A DNA stretch of 39,863 nucleotides, from assembly GCA_035547455.1 (NCBI GenBank), contig DASZUX010000320.1, positions 1 through 39,863 on the forward strand, written 5' to 3'. Positions 1 through 9,209 of the stretch are shown here, one piece after another; position 1 is the stretch's first letter, and each line of letters starts with the position of its first letter. The notes below the pieces were generated by a model. That model worked only from the letters and a program-made list of their open reading frames with translations. It was not told the origin of the DNA and ran no database searches. Source of the stretch: Chitinophagaceae bacterium. GTDB lineage: Bacteria > Bacteroidota > Bacteroidia > Chitinophagales > Chitinophagaceae. Position numbers and translations under genes: made by a program.

Positions 1-375
1 AGCCTGTTGGGCAAAGTTCCGTTTGACTCACTGAAAGCAGACTCCATCATAATAAAAGCTGCTAAAAGCGTAGCCTCCAATATTGATGCAGATTGTATTG
101 GTATTGCCGGCGATTCGTCCATCGAAGATAAAAGGCGGTCATTCTACGAGCTCTCTGAAAATCTGTACAATCTTTTACGTACCGTTAAGTATGATCAGCA
201 GGTAATTTACCACATGCGGTGCCCGATGGCTTTTGGAGACGACAAGGAGGGTTTTTGGCTCACTAATGTTGATACCATCATTAACCCCTATTTAGGATTA
301 AGGCACCCAAAATACCAGGCGGCAATGATTAATTGCGGCAATATAGAAGACTCGCTTGATTTTCGCAGCAAATAA
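1..375 (+). CDS. C-terminal part of a DUF3347-like protein (5' end outside window)
   Basis: The frame is open from base 1 (AGC CTG precede the track's TTG at 7), with stop TAA at 373-375. The motif HMRCPMAFGDDKEGFWL resembles the conserved CPM...WL core I associate with DUF3347 proteins found next to metal-transport or TonB genes. This is recollection only. Confidence 0.5.
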   Translation, partial: SLLGKVPFDSLKADSIIIKAAKSVASNIDADCIGIAGDSSIEDKRRSFYELSENLYNLLRTVKYDQQVIYHMRCPMAFGDDKEGFWLTNVDTIINPYLGLRHPKYQAAMINCGNIEDSLDFRSK

Positions 376-408
376 CCCCATACAGCAACCTTTTTGAAAA
401 TTGTGGTG

Positions 409-2763
409 ATGAAACATTGTATAGCTGTCTTTTGCTGTTTATTAATTACCCTTCAGTCATTTTCGCAGCAAAAATATACGCTTAATGGCTATGTAAAAGA
501 TTCCCTGACGGGCGAGACACTTATAGGTGCTACTATCACCCTTACAGCCGAATCTGCCACAGTAACAACAAACCAGTATGGATTTTATTCTATTACATTA
601 TTACCCGGCATACACCGCCTTTTATTTTCCTATATAGGTTACAAGCCGCAGGAAGTTGAAATAGATTTCGATGGCGATAGTGCAAAAAACATATTGCTTG
701 TGCCTCTCTCAGCCGTGCTAACAAATGTAACGGTTGAAGCAAGAAAAAGAGAGAACAATGTTAAGACGGCGCAAATGGGGAAGGTTGAATTAACAGTGGG
801 CACCATAAAATCTCTACCTACATTTTTAGGGGAGTCAGACATTCTGAAATCACTGCAGTTGTTACCAGGTGTCCGCAACGCAGGAGAAGGTAACGCCGGT
901 TTTTACGTAAGAGGCGGCGGGGCCGACCAAAACCTTATATTGCTGGATGATGCAGTTGTATATAATACCGGCCACCTGTTTGGCTTTTTCTCAATATTTA
1001 ACTCGGATGCTATTAAAAGCCTTTCGCTTATAAAAGGTGGCATGCCGGCACAATATGGCGGCAGGCTATCTTCAGTAATTGATGTTGCCATGAAAGATGG
1101 TAATGTTAATAAAACAGAAGTAGATGCTGGAATAGGGCTTATTGCTTCAAGGTTCTCTATACAGGGCCCCATCAAAAAAAACAAAGCATCTTACATCATT
1201 TCTGCACGCAGAACCTATGTTGATGCCCTTACTGCACCATTTATTGCTTCCAGCAGCTATAAAGGTTCAGGATATTATTTCTACGACCTGAACGCGAAAA
1301 TAAATTACCAGTTTTCTGATAAGGACAGGCTTTATTTAAGCGGCTATTTTGGCAGGGATAAATTTGCCTTTAATAATATTGAACGCTCCTTTAAAACATC
1401 TATTCCCTGGGGCAACGGTACAGGAACATTACGCTGGAACCATATCTTCAGTAAAAAATTATTTGCCAACACCACCTTGGTATACAATGATTATAACTTT
1501 AAGTTCAATGGTCTTCAAAACGATTTTGCCTTTAACCTTGCTTCAGGCATACGTGACTTAAATGCCAAGATTGATTTTGACTATTTTGTCTCTACCAAAC
1601 ACAAAATTAAATTTGGGGCGCAATACACCTACCATACATTTAAACCAAGCATTTTTAGCGGCAGCCAGGATTCAACAAAGTTTACCCCCAACAGTGCACA
1701 AGAGAAATATGCCAATGAGTATGCACTGTATTTGCAGGATGATTGGGACGTTACAAAAGGCATCCGCATTAATTACGGGGTGCGCTACAGCCTGTTTCAG
1801 CAATTGGGAAGTTATAAGTTTTACACTAGTGATGCCAATGGAAACAGAACGGACAGTATTATGTATGGCAAAGGGCAGGTAGTAAAATCCTACGGAGGGC
1901 TGGAGCCAAGATTTACAGTACGCTTTGCGTTAAATGAAACCAGCTCACTAAAGGCAGGTATAACACGTAATATGCAGTACATACACCTTGTAAGCAATGC
2001 AGGCACAACGTTACCTACTGATATTTGGGTGCCTAGCACTTTACGCGTAAAACCACAGGCGGGCTGGCAGTACGCGGCAGGCTATTTCAGGAACTTTAGC
2101 AACAGCATGTTTGAAACATCACTGGAACTTTATTACAAAACAATGCAAAACCAGATTGAATACAAAGAAGGTTATACACCTAATACACTCAGTGACCCCG
2201 AAGAATCATTTGTGTTCGGCAAAGGGTGGAGTTATGGGGCAGAGTTTTTTGTAAATAAAGTAAAAGGGAGGTTTACAGGCTGGGCAGGTTATACTTTATC
2301 ATGGTCGTGGAGAAAGTTTCCCGACCTTAATCATGGTCTTAAATACCCCGCCCGCTATGATCGCCGTAACGACCTTTCTTTAGTTGGCATGTACACTATT
2401 AATAACAAATGGAAAATATCGTCAGTATTTGTATTCGGCACGGGCAATGCTATCTCGCTGCCGGAGCGTTTCTATTTTATTGACGGTACCCTTACCCAGC
2501 AATACAGCGGCATTAATCAATACCGCATGAAGCCCTATCACAGGCTTGACCTTTCAGCCACCTACACACCAACACCCAAAAAACCGCGCAAACGCACCAC
2601 CAGCTGGGTCTTCAGCATATACAACGTATACAGCAGGCAAAATCCTTACTTTTATTATTTTAGCCAGGAAGGCAGCGCTGCGGGCGGCACATTAAAAGTA
2701 GATGCAAAACAGGTATCATTGTTTCCTGTTATTCCTGCTGTTACATGGAACGTGCATTTTTAA
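409..2763 (+). CDS. TonB-dependent outer-membrane receptor with N-terminal CarboxypepD_reg-like domain
   Basis: ATG at 409 (MKHCIAVFCCLLITLQSFSQQ signal peptide) is preferred to the track's TTG at 394. It has a CarboxypepD_reg-like start (YTLNGYVKDSLTGETLIGATITL) and plug-like motifs (LQLLPGV, GGGADQNLILLDDAVVYN). A long beta-strand-rich barrel ends in an aromatic residue (TWNVHF). Confidence 0.9.
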   Translation: MKHCIAVFCCLLITLQSFSQQKYTLNGYVKDSLTGETLIGATITLTAESATVTTNQYGFYSITLLPGIHRLLFSYIGYKPQEVEIDFDGDSAKNILLVPLSAVLTNVTVEARKRENNVKTAQMGKVELTVGTIKSLPTFLGESDILKSLQLLPGVRNAGEGNAGFYVRGGGADQNLILLDDAVVYNTGHLFGFFSIFNSDAIKSLSLIKGGMPAQYGGRLSSVIDVAMKDGNVNKTEVDAGIGLIASRFSIQGPIKKNKASYIISARRTYVDALTAPFIASSSYKGSGYYFYDLNAKINYQFSDKDRLYLSGYFGRDKFAFNNIERSFKTSIPWGNGTGTLRWNHIFSKKLFANTTLVYNDYNFKFNGLQNDFAFNLASGIRDLNAKIDFDYFVSTKHKIKFGAQYTYHTFKPSIFSGSQDSTKFTPNSAQEKYANEYALYLQDDWDVTKGIRINYGVRYSLFQQLGSYKFYTSDANGNRTDSIMYGKGQVVKSYGGLEPRFTVRFALNETSSLKAGITRNMQYIHLVSNAGTTLPTDIWVPSTLRVKPQAGWQYAAGYFRNFSNSMFETSLELYYKTMQNQIEYKEGYTPNTLSDPEESFVFGKGWSYGAEFFVNKVKGRFTGWAGYTLSWSWRKFPDLNHGLKYPARYDRRNDLSLVGMYTINNKWKISSVFVFGTGNAISLPERFYFIDGTLTQQYSGINQYRMKPYHRLDLSATYTPTPKKPRKRTTSWVFSIYNVYSRQNPYFYYFSQEGSAAGGTLKVDAKQVSLFPVIPAVTWNVHF

Positions 2764-2835
2764 TCAGCCTGGTACCCGGTTACTCATTATCTTTAATTGT
2801 TATTTATATAATACCACGATTGAATATTTGTTAGC

Positions 2836-3741
2836 ATGAAAAAATTATTATTATTTCCCATTTGTATGCTGTTTGCGATATTTACCAATGCACAAAAAGA
2901 AATGCCTTTGTATGAGGGCGCCGTGCCTTATGCAAAACCCTGTTCAGTAAAAGAAACTTCAAAAACGGATGGGGTATTAATTATCAGCAACGTTACCGTA
3001 CCTACTCTTACTGCTTATATTCCGCCTAAAGAAAAACAAAACGGAACCGCAGTGCTGGTGATACCTGGCGGAGGCTACAGTATTGTTGCTGCCGGGCATG
3101 AAGGTGCAGATATTGCAAAAGCCTTTAACGAGGCTGGCATTACGGCTTTTGTACTAAAATACCGCATACCCAATGACGAATGCATGACTGACAAAATGTT
3201 TGTACCGCTAATGGACGCGCAGCAGGCTTTATACACTATTCGCCAAAACGCAAAACAGTATGGCATTGATACTTCAAAAGTTGGCGTAATGGGCTTTTCA
3301 GCAGGAGGACATCTTGCCGCCACATTAAGTACACATTTTGACAGGCCGGCCCGTAAGGAACTGGCGGGCGCAAACCTGCGGCCTAACTTTTCAATGCTTA
3401 TTTACCCTGTAATAAGCTTTCATGAAAGTATTGCCCACATGGGCTCGCGTGAAAACCTTATCGGTAAAAACGCAGATGAAAAATGGGTAAATTATTTTTC
3501 CAATGAAGACCAGGTGAATGCCAATACGCCTCCTGCATTTTTAGTGCATGCAACCGACGATGATGTTGTACCGGTTGCTAACAGCGTAGCTTATTACAAC
3601 CAGCTTGTAAAATATCATATTCCTGCCGCAATGCATTTATACGAACACGGCGGCCATGGTTTTGGGCTTAACAACCACACCACTAACGATAAGTGGTTTG
3701 AAACATGCTTAAACTGGCTGCGTACTAACAAGTGGTTGTAA
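2836..3741 (+). CDS. Secreted alpha/beta-hydrolase (carbohydrate esterase / lipase-like)
   Basis: ATG start and signal peptide MKKLLLFPICMLFAIFTNAQ. It has PGGGY oxyanion-type motif, the GFSAGGH nucleophile elbow, a late Asp (HATDDDVV) and HGGHGF. Confidence 0.85.
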   Translation: MKKLLLFPICMLFAIFTNAQKEMPLYEGAVPYAKPCSVKETSKTDGVLIISNVTVPTLTAYIPPKEKQNGTAVLVIPGGGYSIVAAGHEGADIAKAFNEAGITAFVLKYRIPNDECMTDKMFVPLMDAQQALYTIRQNAKQYGIDTSKVGVMGFSAGGHLAATLSTHFDRPARKELAGANLRPNFSMLIYPVISFHESIAHMGSRENLIGKNADEKWVNYFSNEDQVNANTPPAFLVHATDDDVVPVANSVAYYNQLVKYHIPAAMHLYEHGGHGFGLNNHTTNDKWFETCLNWLRTNKWL

Positions 3742-3745
3742 CCGG

Positions 3746-5176
3746 CTATTGCGTTATTGCAAAAACCGCAGCATATTTACATGACGTGCCCTGTAATTGC
3801 CTGGGTAAAGCAATAGCTGCTCCACTATTTGTAACAGCAATTTTACAATTGCCTTTCATACCCAGCGCAGTAACTTTGGATTTTGCTGTGACCAGAGAAA
3901 CATCAACAGGTATGCTTGCCGGCAGGGTAAGTGTTTCTTCTTTATCATCGCTTAAAACAAAAACATATTTTGTATTGCCGTCTTTTGACTGCGTATAAAT
4001 AATATTGCCCTGCCCGTAAGGCGCAATTGGCTTTGAGTTATATATCCCCGCACCATTTACTTTCATCCAGCCTCCTATTTCTTTCAAGCGGCTGTAGGCG
4101 GTATCACTCCAATCACCTTCCGGTGAAGGACCTACATTCAGCAGGAAATTGCCACCCCTTGATACAATTTTAACCAGCAGGTGTATTAACTGGTTGCTGC
4201 TTTTATAATGGTCGTTAGGCACGTAGCTCCAGCTATCCCCCATTGTAAGGCAAGTTTCCCAGGGATAGTTAAGCGGTTTGCCCGGCACCGTTTGTTCTGG
4301 TGTTTGGTAATTTTCAAATTCTCCACCAACACTCCTGTCAACCACCAGCAGTCCCGGCTGGTGCTGTCTTGCCATAGCGGCTATTTTTTTCATGTCAATA
4401 TCCTGGTCGTAAGGTATGGTGCGCTGCCAGTCAACAGACTTGTCAATTGACGAGAAAGGTCTCACCCAACCACCGTCCAACCAAAGGATATCCACTTTTC
4501 CATAGCCAGTCATTAATTCCTCAATTTGGTTATATGTATATTGCTTAAAAGCATTCCACCTTCCGGGATATTTTTTAGGGTCATAATTCACATTCCTGTC
4601 TTTCGGCGGAAAGTAAGGCCACCAATAATTATCGCTATGCCAGTCTGGCTTTGAAAAATAAGCGCCAATCATAAATCCTTTCTTCCTGAAAGCGTCAAAT
4701 ACTTCTTTGGTAATATTTGCCCGCGGGTTAGCTGAAAAAGGCGTTTTGGCTGATGTTATTTTATAGTCTGTCTCTTTAGTGTCAAACATGCAAAAGCCAT
4801 CATGGTGTTTTGTAGTAAATACCACGTATTTCATACCCGCATCTGCGGCAGCATCCGCCCATTTTTCGGGATTAAATTTAGTGGGATTGAAGGTTGTCTG
4901 CAGTTTTTCATAAGCTTTTTTGTATTCAAAATAATCTGCTGCATAAGGTCCCCTGCGTTGTGTCCAGCCTTCGTCTTCCGGGCAAATGCTCCAACTTTCT
5001 ACAATCCCCCATTGGCTGTAAGTACCCCAGTGCATAAGCAACCCAAATTTAATATCTTGCCAGTTATCCAGCTTTTCCAGCACCAGGCTGTCAGCCGGCT
5101 TTACATAGCTATTTTTTTCCTGCGCCGCTGCGCTCAATACATACAAACAAAAAATTGCGGTTATAATTTTTCTCAT
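3746..5176 (-). CDS. Alpha-L-fucosidase, glycoside hydrolase family 29
   Basis: ATG at 5176 and signal peptide ...LSAAAQ. GH29-typical segments are FGLLMHWGTYSQWG, KYVVFTTKHHDGFCMFDT, DILWLDGGW and LLNVGP. Confidence 0.9.
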   Translation of the reverse strand: MRKIITAIFCLYVLSAAAQEKNSYVKPADSLVLEKLDNWQDIKFGLLMHWGTYSQWGIVESWSICPEDEGWTQRRGPYAADYFEYKKAYEKLQTTFNPTKFNPEKWADAAADAGMKYVVFTTKHHDGFCMFDTKETDYKITSAKTPFSANPRANITKEVFDAFRKKGFMIGAYFSKPDWHSDNYWWPYFPPKDRNVNYDPKKYPGRWNAFKQYTYNQIEELMTGYGKVDILWLDGGWVRPFSSIDKSVDWQRTIPYDQDIDMKKIAAMARQHQPGLLVVDRSVGGEFENYQTPEQTVPGKPLNYPWETCLTMGDSWSYVPNDHYKSSNQLIHLLVKIVSRGGNFLLNVGPSPEGDWSDTAYSRLKEIGGWMKVNGAGIYNSKPIAPYGQGNIIYTQSKDGNTKYVFVLSDDKEETLTLPASIPVDVSLVTAKSKVTALGMKGNCKIAVTNSGAAIALPRQLQGTSCKYAAVFAITQ

Positions 5177-5258
5177 ATCCCCCGGTTAATATCAAATACT
5201 AAAATAAAATTGAAGATACTGGTTAACAAACACTTCATTTCCATTTATAAAAAAAATA

Positions 5259-5293
5259 TTGCGTAACTCAATTTTATCCCCAACTTTACGCAA
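5259..5293. promoter_or_regulatory. 8-bp perfect inverted repeat TTGCGTAA-N19-TTACGCAA just upstream of the DUF2911 gene
   Basis: Read directly: arms at 5259-5266 and 5286-5293, ending 9 nt before the ATG at 5303. The function (operator or 5' UTR hairpin) is inferred. Confidence 0.3.
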
Positions 5294-5302
5294 CAAAACA
5301 TA

Positions 5303-5854
5303 ATGACCATGAAAAAAATTCTCACGTTTGCAGCAGTTGCCGTATTTGTGTCATTTACCATACAGGCCTGCGCGCAGGGATCTCCAAAAGACACACCCGA
5401 GCAAAAGCTGCACAGGGCCAGCCTTGGTTCTGTTATGAAACAAACCATCAATACCGGGGCTACCATTACTATTACTTACAGCCAGCCAGCCCTTAAAGGC
5501 AGAACTATTGGAAAAGACGTTGAGCCTATGGCGGGTAAAGTTTGGCGTACAGGCGCCAACGAAGCGACATCTTTTGAAGTAAGTAAAGACGTTACCATTG
5601 AAGGGAAAAAATTATCTGCCGGCAAGTACGGCCTCTATTCTATTATGAATGGAAACGACTGGACCATCATCATTAATAAAACATGGGATACATGGGGCGC
5701 TTTTTCATATAAACAATCGGATGATGTACTGCGCGTAAATGTTAAATCCACAAAGTCATGCGTTTACATGGAGCGCATGGTTTTTACCATTGACAAAATG
5801 GGGAAAGTGTCTCTGTTGTGGGGTGATACTGAAGTTGATTTTCATGTTCAATAG
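5303..5854 (+). CDS. DUF2911 domain protein (secreted)
   Basis: Signal peptide MTMKKILTFAAVAVFVSFTIQACAQ. The core VWRTGANEATSFEVSKDVTIEGKKLSAGKYGLYSI matches my memory of the DUF2911 signature. Confidence 0.75.
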   Translation: MTMKKILTFAAVAVFVSFTIQACAQGSPKDTPEQKLHRASLGSVMKQTINTGATITITYSQPALKGRTIGKDVEPMAGKVWRTGANEATSFEVSKDVTIEGKKLSAGKYGLYSIMNGNDWTIIINKTWDTWGAFSYKQSDDVLRVNVKSTKSCVYMERMVFTIDKMGKVSLLWGDTEVDFHVQ

Positions 5855-5874
5855 TCTATAACCAAGCTTTTTTT

Positions 5875-5899
5875 AAAAGGGGCCAATGGCCCCTTTTTT
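5875..5899 (+). terminator. Rho-independent terminator after the DUF2911 gene
   Basis: AAAAGGGGCC-AAT-GGCCCCTTTT is a perfect 10-bp stem followed by a T-run, 21 nt after the stop codon. Confidence 0.75.
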
Positions 5900-6119
5900 A
5901 TTACCCTTTTACAACTGTATGTTAAAATTTTATGCACGTTTAATTTTAAGTCAGTAAAATAATCAAATAAATGTGAGGATATAATAAAAAATTAGCCCGA
6001 AAACAGACCTGTTAACTAGACATAGACAAATGAAGAGAGGCAAAATTAATTTGGCAAGATTTTTTCATAGTGCTGGGTAAAACCGTTTGAAAAACACATT
6101 ATTAAATAAAATTCATTTT

Positions 6120-7238
6120 ATGAAAACTATACGAATGCTCATTCTTTCTGTGTGTATGGTAATAGCCTCCATCAGCACCAATACAACAAAAGCGCAGGTT
6201 AGCGTGGGAGCAGATATAACATTTAACGTTTTTTATAATGGCTTAAGTCCCTACGGCCATTGGGTTAACCACCCTTCCTACGGACAGGTATGGGTATGCA
6301 ACACGCCCGGTTTTGTGCCTTACCGTACTGCCGGTCATTGGGTATATACTGATGACGGCTGGACCTGGGTATCGGATTACTCATGGGGCTGGGCGCCGTT
6401 TCATTATGGCCGCTGGGATTATGATGCGGCCTATGGCGGATATTTTTGGGTGCCGGGTTATGAATGGGGTCCTGCATGGGTAAGCTGGAGAAGCGATGAT
6501 GAGGTATATGGATGGGCGCCGCTAAGGCCCGGGGTAACTGTTGGTGTTGGTATTTCCTTTGGCGCCGATATACCTGCAGAACGCTGGACATTTGTGCCCA
6601 CACGGTATGTTACAAGCCCGTATGTAAGCCGCTATTATGTTAATAACAGCCGGAATATTACAATAATACATAACACCACTATTATAAATAATGCTCATGC
6701 AAACCGGGGCCATGTTACAGTAGTGGAGGGCCCGCACAGGGCTGATGTAGAAAAAGTAACACATGCCCGTGTTAATACCTATTCTGTAGCAGCGTCAGGC
6801 AGGCCCGGCGCTGCGAGAGTTGAAAAAAACACCGTAAATATTTACAGGCCGGTAGTTAACAAAACAACAGTGGTAAACAGGGAAGTAGTAAACAACAACA
6901 AGGTGGTAATAAATAAAAACAGTAACAATAAGACAGTGGTAAACAACAGTAATAACAGGGTTGTAAATAAAAACGAAAGAAAGGTAACAACAACTAATAA
7001 AGCAACAGTAAATAACAGCAATACGCATGCAACTTTAAATAATAGCAAAAAAACTACTGTTAACCATAAAAGCCCTACACCTCAAAAGAATGCTGTTAGA
7101 AGCAGCAGGCCCGCAACAAGCAGGGCTCCGCAACATGCCAAACCAGCCCCTAAACAGCAGGTGCCCAAACAAAGGGCAGTACAACGTGCTGAAAATAATA
7201 CCCATAAACCGGCCGCAAAACCGCACCATAACGGATAG
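6120..7238 (+). CDS. YXWGXW-repeat / Trp-Gly-rich secreted protein with N/V/T/K low-complexity and basic Pro-rich tail
   Basis: ATG at 6120 (MKTIRMLILSVCMVIASISTNTTKAQ signal) is preferred to TTG at 6087. Aromatic repeats are DYSWGWAPFHYGRWDY, YFWVPGYEWGPAWVSW and VYGWAPL. The C-terminal ~130 aa is a (V/T)VNN(S/K)N-type low-complexity region, followed by a K/P/A/R-rich end. Confidence 0.7.
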   Translation: MKTIRMLILSVCMVIASISTNTTKAQVSVGADITFNVFYNGLSPYGHWVNHPSYGQVWVCNTPGFVPYRTAGHWVYTDDGWTWVSDYSWGWAPFHYGRWDYDAAYGGYFWVPGYEWGPAWVSWRSDDEVYGWAPLRPGVTVGVGISFGADIPAERWTFVPTRYVTSPYVSRYYVNNSRNITIIHNTTIINNAHANRGHVTVVEGPHRADVEKVTHARVNTYSVAASGRPGAARVEKNTVNIYRPVVNKTTVVNREVVNNNKVVINKNSNNKTVVNNSNNRVVNKNERKVTTTNKATVNNSNTHATLNNSKKTTVNHKSPTPQKNAVRSSRPATSRAPQHAKPAPKQQVPKQRAVQRAENNTHKPAAKPHHNG

Positions 7239-7251
7239 GCAGTTTTAAGTC

Positions 7252-7299
7252 ATAAATAAAAAGCGCACGACATATTAACGTCGTGCGCTTTTTATTTAT
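7252..7299. terminator. Bidirectional intrinsic terminator between convergent genes
   Basis: Perfect 20-bp palindrome: ATAAATAAAAAGCGCACGAC (7252-7271), an 8-nt loop, then GTCGTGCGCTTTTTATTTAT (7280-7299). The GC core is flanked by A/T runs on both strands. It lies between the stop at 7238 (+) and the stop at 7309 (-). Confidence 0.85.
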
Positions 7300-7308
7300 A
7301 ATACGAAA

Positions 7309-8829
7309 TTATTTATGTGTCATAGCCTGGGCGATAGCTTTTTCAGCCAGGGGTTCCATTATTTTATAGCCATCCATGGTAGGATGCACACCATCATGGG
7401 ATAAATTAGCCGGCAGTCCTTTTCTATCATCAGCCATTGCTGTCCAATAATCAAGATAAACGCACCCATTTTTAGCAGCATAATCTTTTATCATCGCATT
7501 CAGAGCTACAATTTTGTCCGCCGGATGCAGGCCCGGCCGCCAGCCAAAATCAAAAGCAGGCAGTACTGAAGATAACACTACTTTTATACCATGTGCCTTT
7601 GCCAACTCTGCCATTGAAGTAAGGTTGCCCATTATTGTTTCTAATGTTTCGGGGCCTGTGTTACCGGCAATATCGTTAGTACCGGCAAGTATAACTACCA
7701 CCTTTGGTTTTAGATTAATGACATCAGGCCTGAAACGCAACAGCATTTGCGGCGTGGTTTGCCCGCTGATACCACGGTTAATATAAGGGTGCGAAGAAAA
7801 GTACGCCGGGTCAGTTCTAATCCAGCCTTCGGTTATTGAATTACCCATAAACACCACGCGGTTTTCACTGGCTGCGGGAGGAGAAACTTTTGCATTGTCG
7901 GCCGCAAACCTTGCAATAAAGGGCCAGTCCTGCTGTGGTATTTTGGGTGGAGTTATAAATCCTAACTGCTGCATCCAGTCACCCAAACGGTCAATCCAGC
8001 TATCAGTAGGTATATTTTGCCTGCGCATGCCAAAACCGTGGCCGCCATGCGCATACAGGTGCATTTCTACTGACTTGCCGGCGGCCATCCATTTATTATA
8101 CAATAACTGGCTGCTGGGCACCAGGTGCAACTGGTCGTCTGTTGCCGCAGCAATAAACATGGGTGGTGCATCTGCCGGCACTTCCATACTTTGCCCTTCA
8201 GGCACGTACGCGTAAATCGGTGCGGTAAAATCAGGTTTGGTTTCAGGTGTATAATCGAATGCCATTGATTCAGCCAGGGTGCCTCCGGCAGAAAAACCAA
8301 TAATACCTATTTTATCTGTTTTTATGTTATAATCCGCAGCATGTTGTCTTACATAAGCCATTGCAGTTTTTGTGTCGGCTATAGCCATAGTAACAATAGG
8401 GGCAACAACTTCATTAAATTTTTTTAAATCACCGCTCAAACCAGTCATCATCTCTTTTACGGGGTCATCGGTAAGGCTGTGCGCAAGCCTGTAACGTAAT
8501 ACAAAACAGGTTACCCCTTTTTTTGCCAGCCACCGGGCAACATCATTACCTTCACTATTGATAGATAAAGTATGAAAAGCGCCGCCCGGGCAAATAACAG
8601 CTGCGGTGCCATTTGCCATCGCCGGGTCCGCAGGAAAGACGGTTAGTGAAGGATGCACCACGTTATACACCACTTCGGTTTTAAACATGTTGGAATCATT
8701 CTCTTTTTCTTCCCAGTTCCAGCTTTCCGAACCAGGTGCTGCACCGTTGTATAACTGAATTACTTTTTGCTGGGCATTCGATATTTTAAACGCGAACAGG
8801 ATAATAAATGATAACAATGTTGCTTTCAT
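7309..8829 (-). CDS. Secreted two-domain esterase: N-terminal alpha/beta-hydrolase fused to C-terminal SGNH/GDSL hydrolase (probable polysaccharide acetylesterase)
   Basis: Signal peptide MKATLLSFIILFAFKISNAQ. The N-terminal domain is paralogous to 2836-3741 (AVICPGGAFH..., GFSAGG, HGGHGFG). The C-terminal domain carries the SGNH blocks FMGNSITEGW, GISGQT, LAGTNDI and DGVHP. Confidence 0.85.
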   Translation of the reverse strand: MKATLLSFIILFAFKISNAQQKVIQLYNGAAPGSESWNWEEKENDSNMFKTEVVYNVVHPSLTVFPADPAMANGTAAVICPGGAFHTLSINSEGNDVARWLAKKGVTCFVLRYRLAHSLTDDPVKEMMTGLSGDLKKFNEVVAPIVTMAIADTKTAMAYVRQHAADYNIKTDKIGIIGFSAGGTLAESMAFDYTPETKPDFTAPIYAYVPEGQSMEVPADAPPMFIAAATDDQLHLVPSSQLLYNKWMAAGKSVEMHLYAHGGHGFGMRRQNIPTDSWIDRLGDWMQQLGFITPPKIPQQDWPFIARFAADNAKVSPPAASENRVVFMGNSITEGWIRTDPAYFSSHPYINRGISGQTTPQMLLRFRPDVINLKPKVVVILAGTNDIAGNTGPETLETIMGNLTSMAELAKAHGIKVVLSSVLPAFDFGWRPGLHPADKIVALNAMIKDYAAKNGCVYLDYWTAMADDRKGLPANLSHDGVHPTMDGYKIMEPLAEKAIAQAMTHK

Positions 8830-8842
8830 ACAGCAATTATTT

Positions 8843-9157
8843 TTACGGAAGATAAAAAACTTCTTTTAAAGAAATAACAACAGGTGATCCATCGGGGTTG
8901 GTTTCCATAATATCTTTCATGTAGCTCCACCATCTTTGCATTATTGCATGTTGCGGCAATTCATCCAGTAATGCAGCATCTTCTACCTGCAGGTAAGCAA
9001 ATAATATATGTGTTTGTTCATTAAGAAATATGCTGTACTCTTTTATGCCTGTTTCTTTCAATAATGTTTCCAGGGCAGGCCACAATTCGCCATGCCTGCG
9101 TTTATATTCCCCGGCATAACCTTCAAATAACTTCATGGTAAACCCAACACGCGGCAT
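8843..9157 (-). CDS. rhaM: L-rhamnose mutarotase
   Basis: 104 aa. It is collinear with E. coli RhaM as I remember it, including (R/K)xxF(V/T)M at the start, EY(K/Q)RRH, LFAY/LFAM, QRWW and an identical C-terminus EVFYLP. Confidence 0.9.
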   Translation of the reverse strand: MPRVGFTMKLFEGYAGEYKRRHGELWPALETLLKETGIKEYSIFLNEQTHILFAYLQVEDAALLDELPQHAIMQRWWSYMKDIMETNPDGSPVVISLKEVFYLP

Positions 9158-9209
9158 AACAAGGTTTAAGTATTTATATGTTTCCAGGTATATTTTGAAC
9201 CATACAATT

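Noticed and set aside
3739-3748. Convergent gene pairs with almost no spacer (3741/3746, and also 31810/31814 and 35707/35720)
   Set aside because: This is real but common in compact bacterial genomes. It implies overlapping 3' UTRs rather than any special element, and no hairpin fits in the gap.
4802-5266. 154-aa plus-strand ORF antisense to the 5' part of the GH29 gene
   Set aside because: It is antisense to a strongly supported GH29 CDS, and its translation is low-complexity and Phe/Ile-rich.
6265-7229. Several 64-112 aa antisense ORFs across the YXWGXW gene and its N/V-rich tail
   Set aside because: They are mirror images of low-complexity coding DNA (L/F/T/V runs) with no start context. 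The sense ORF has a signal peptide and recognisable repeats.
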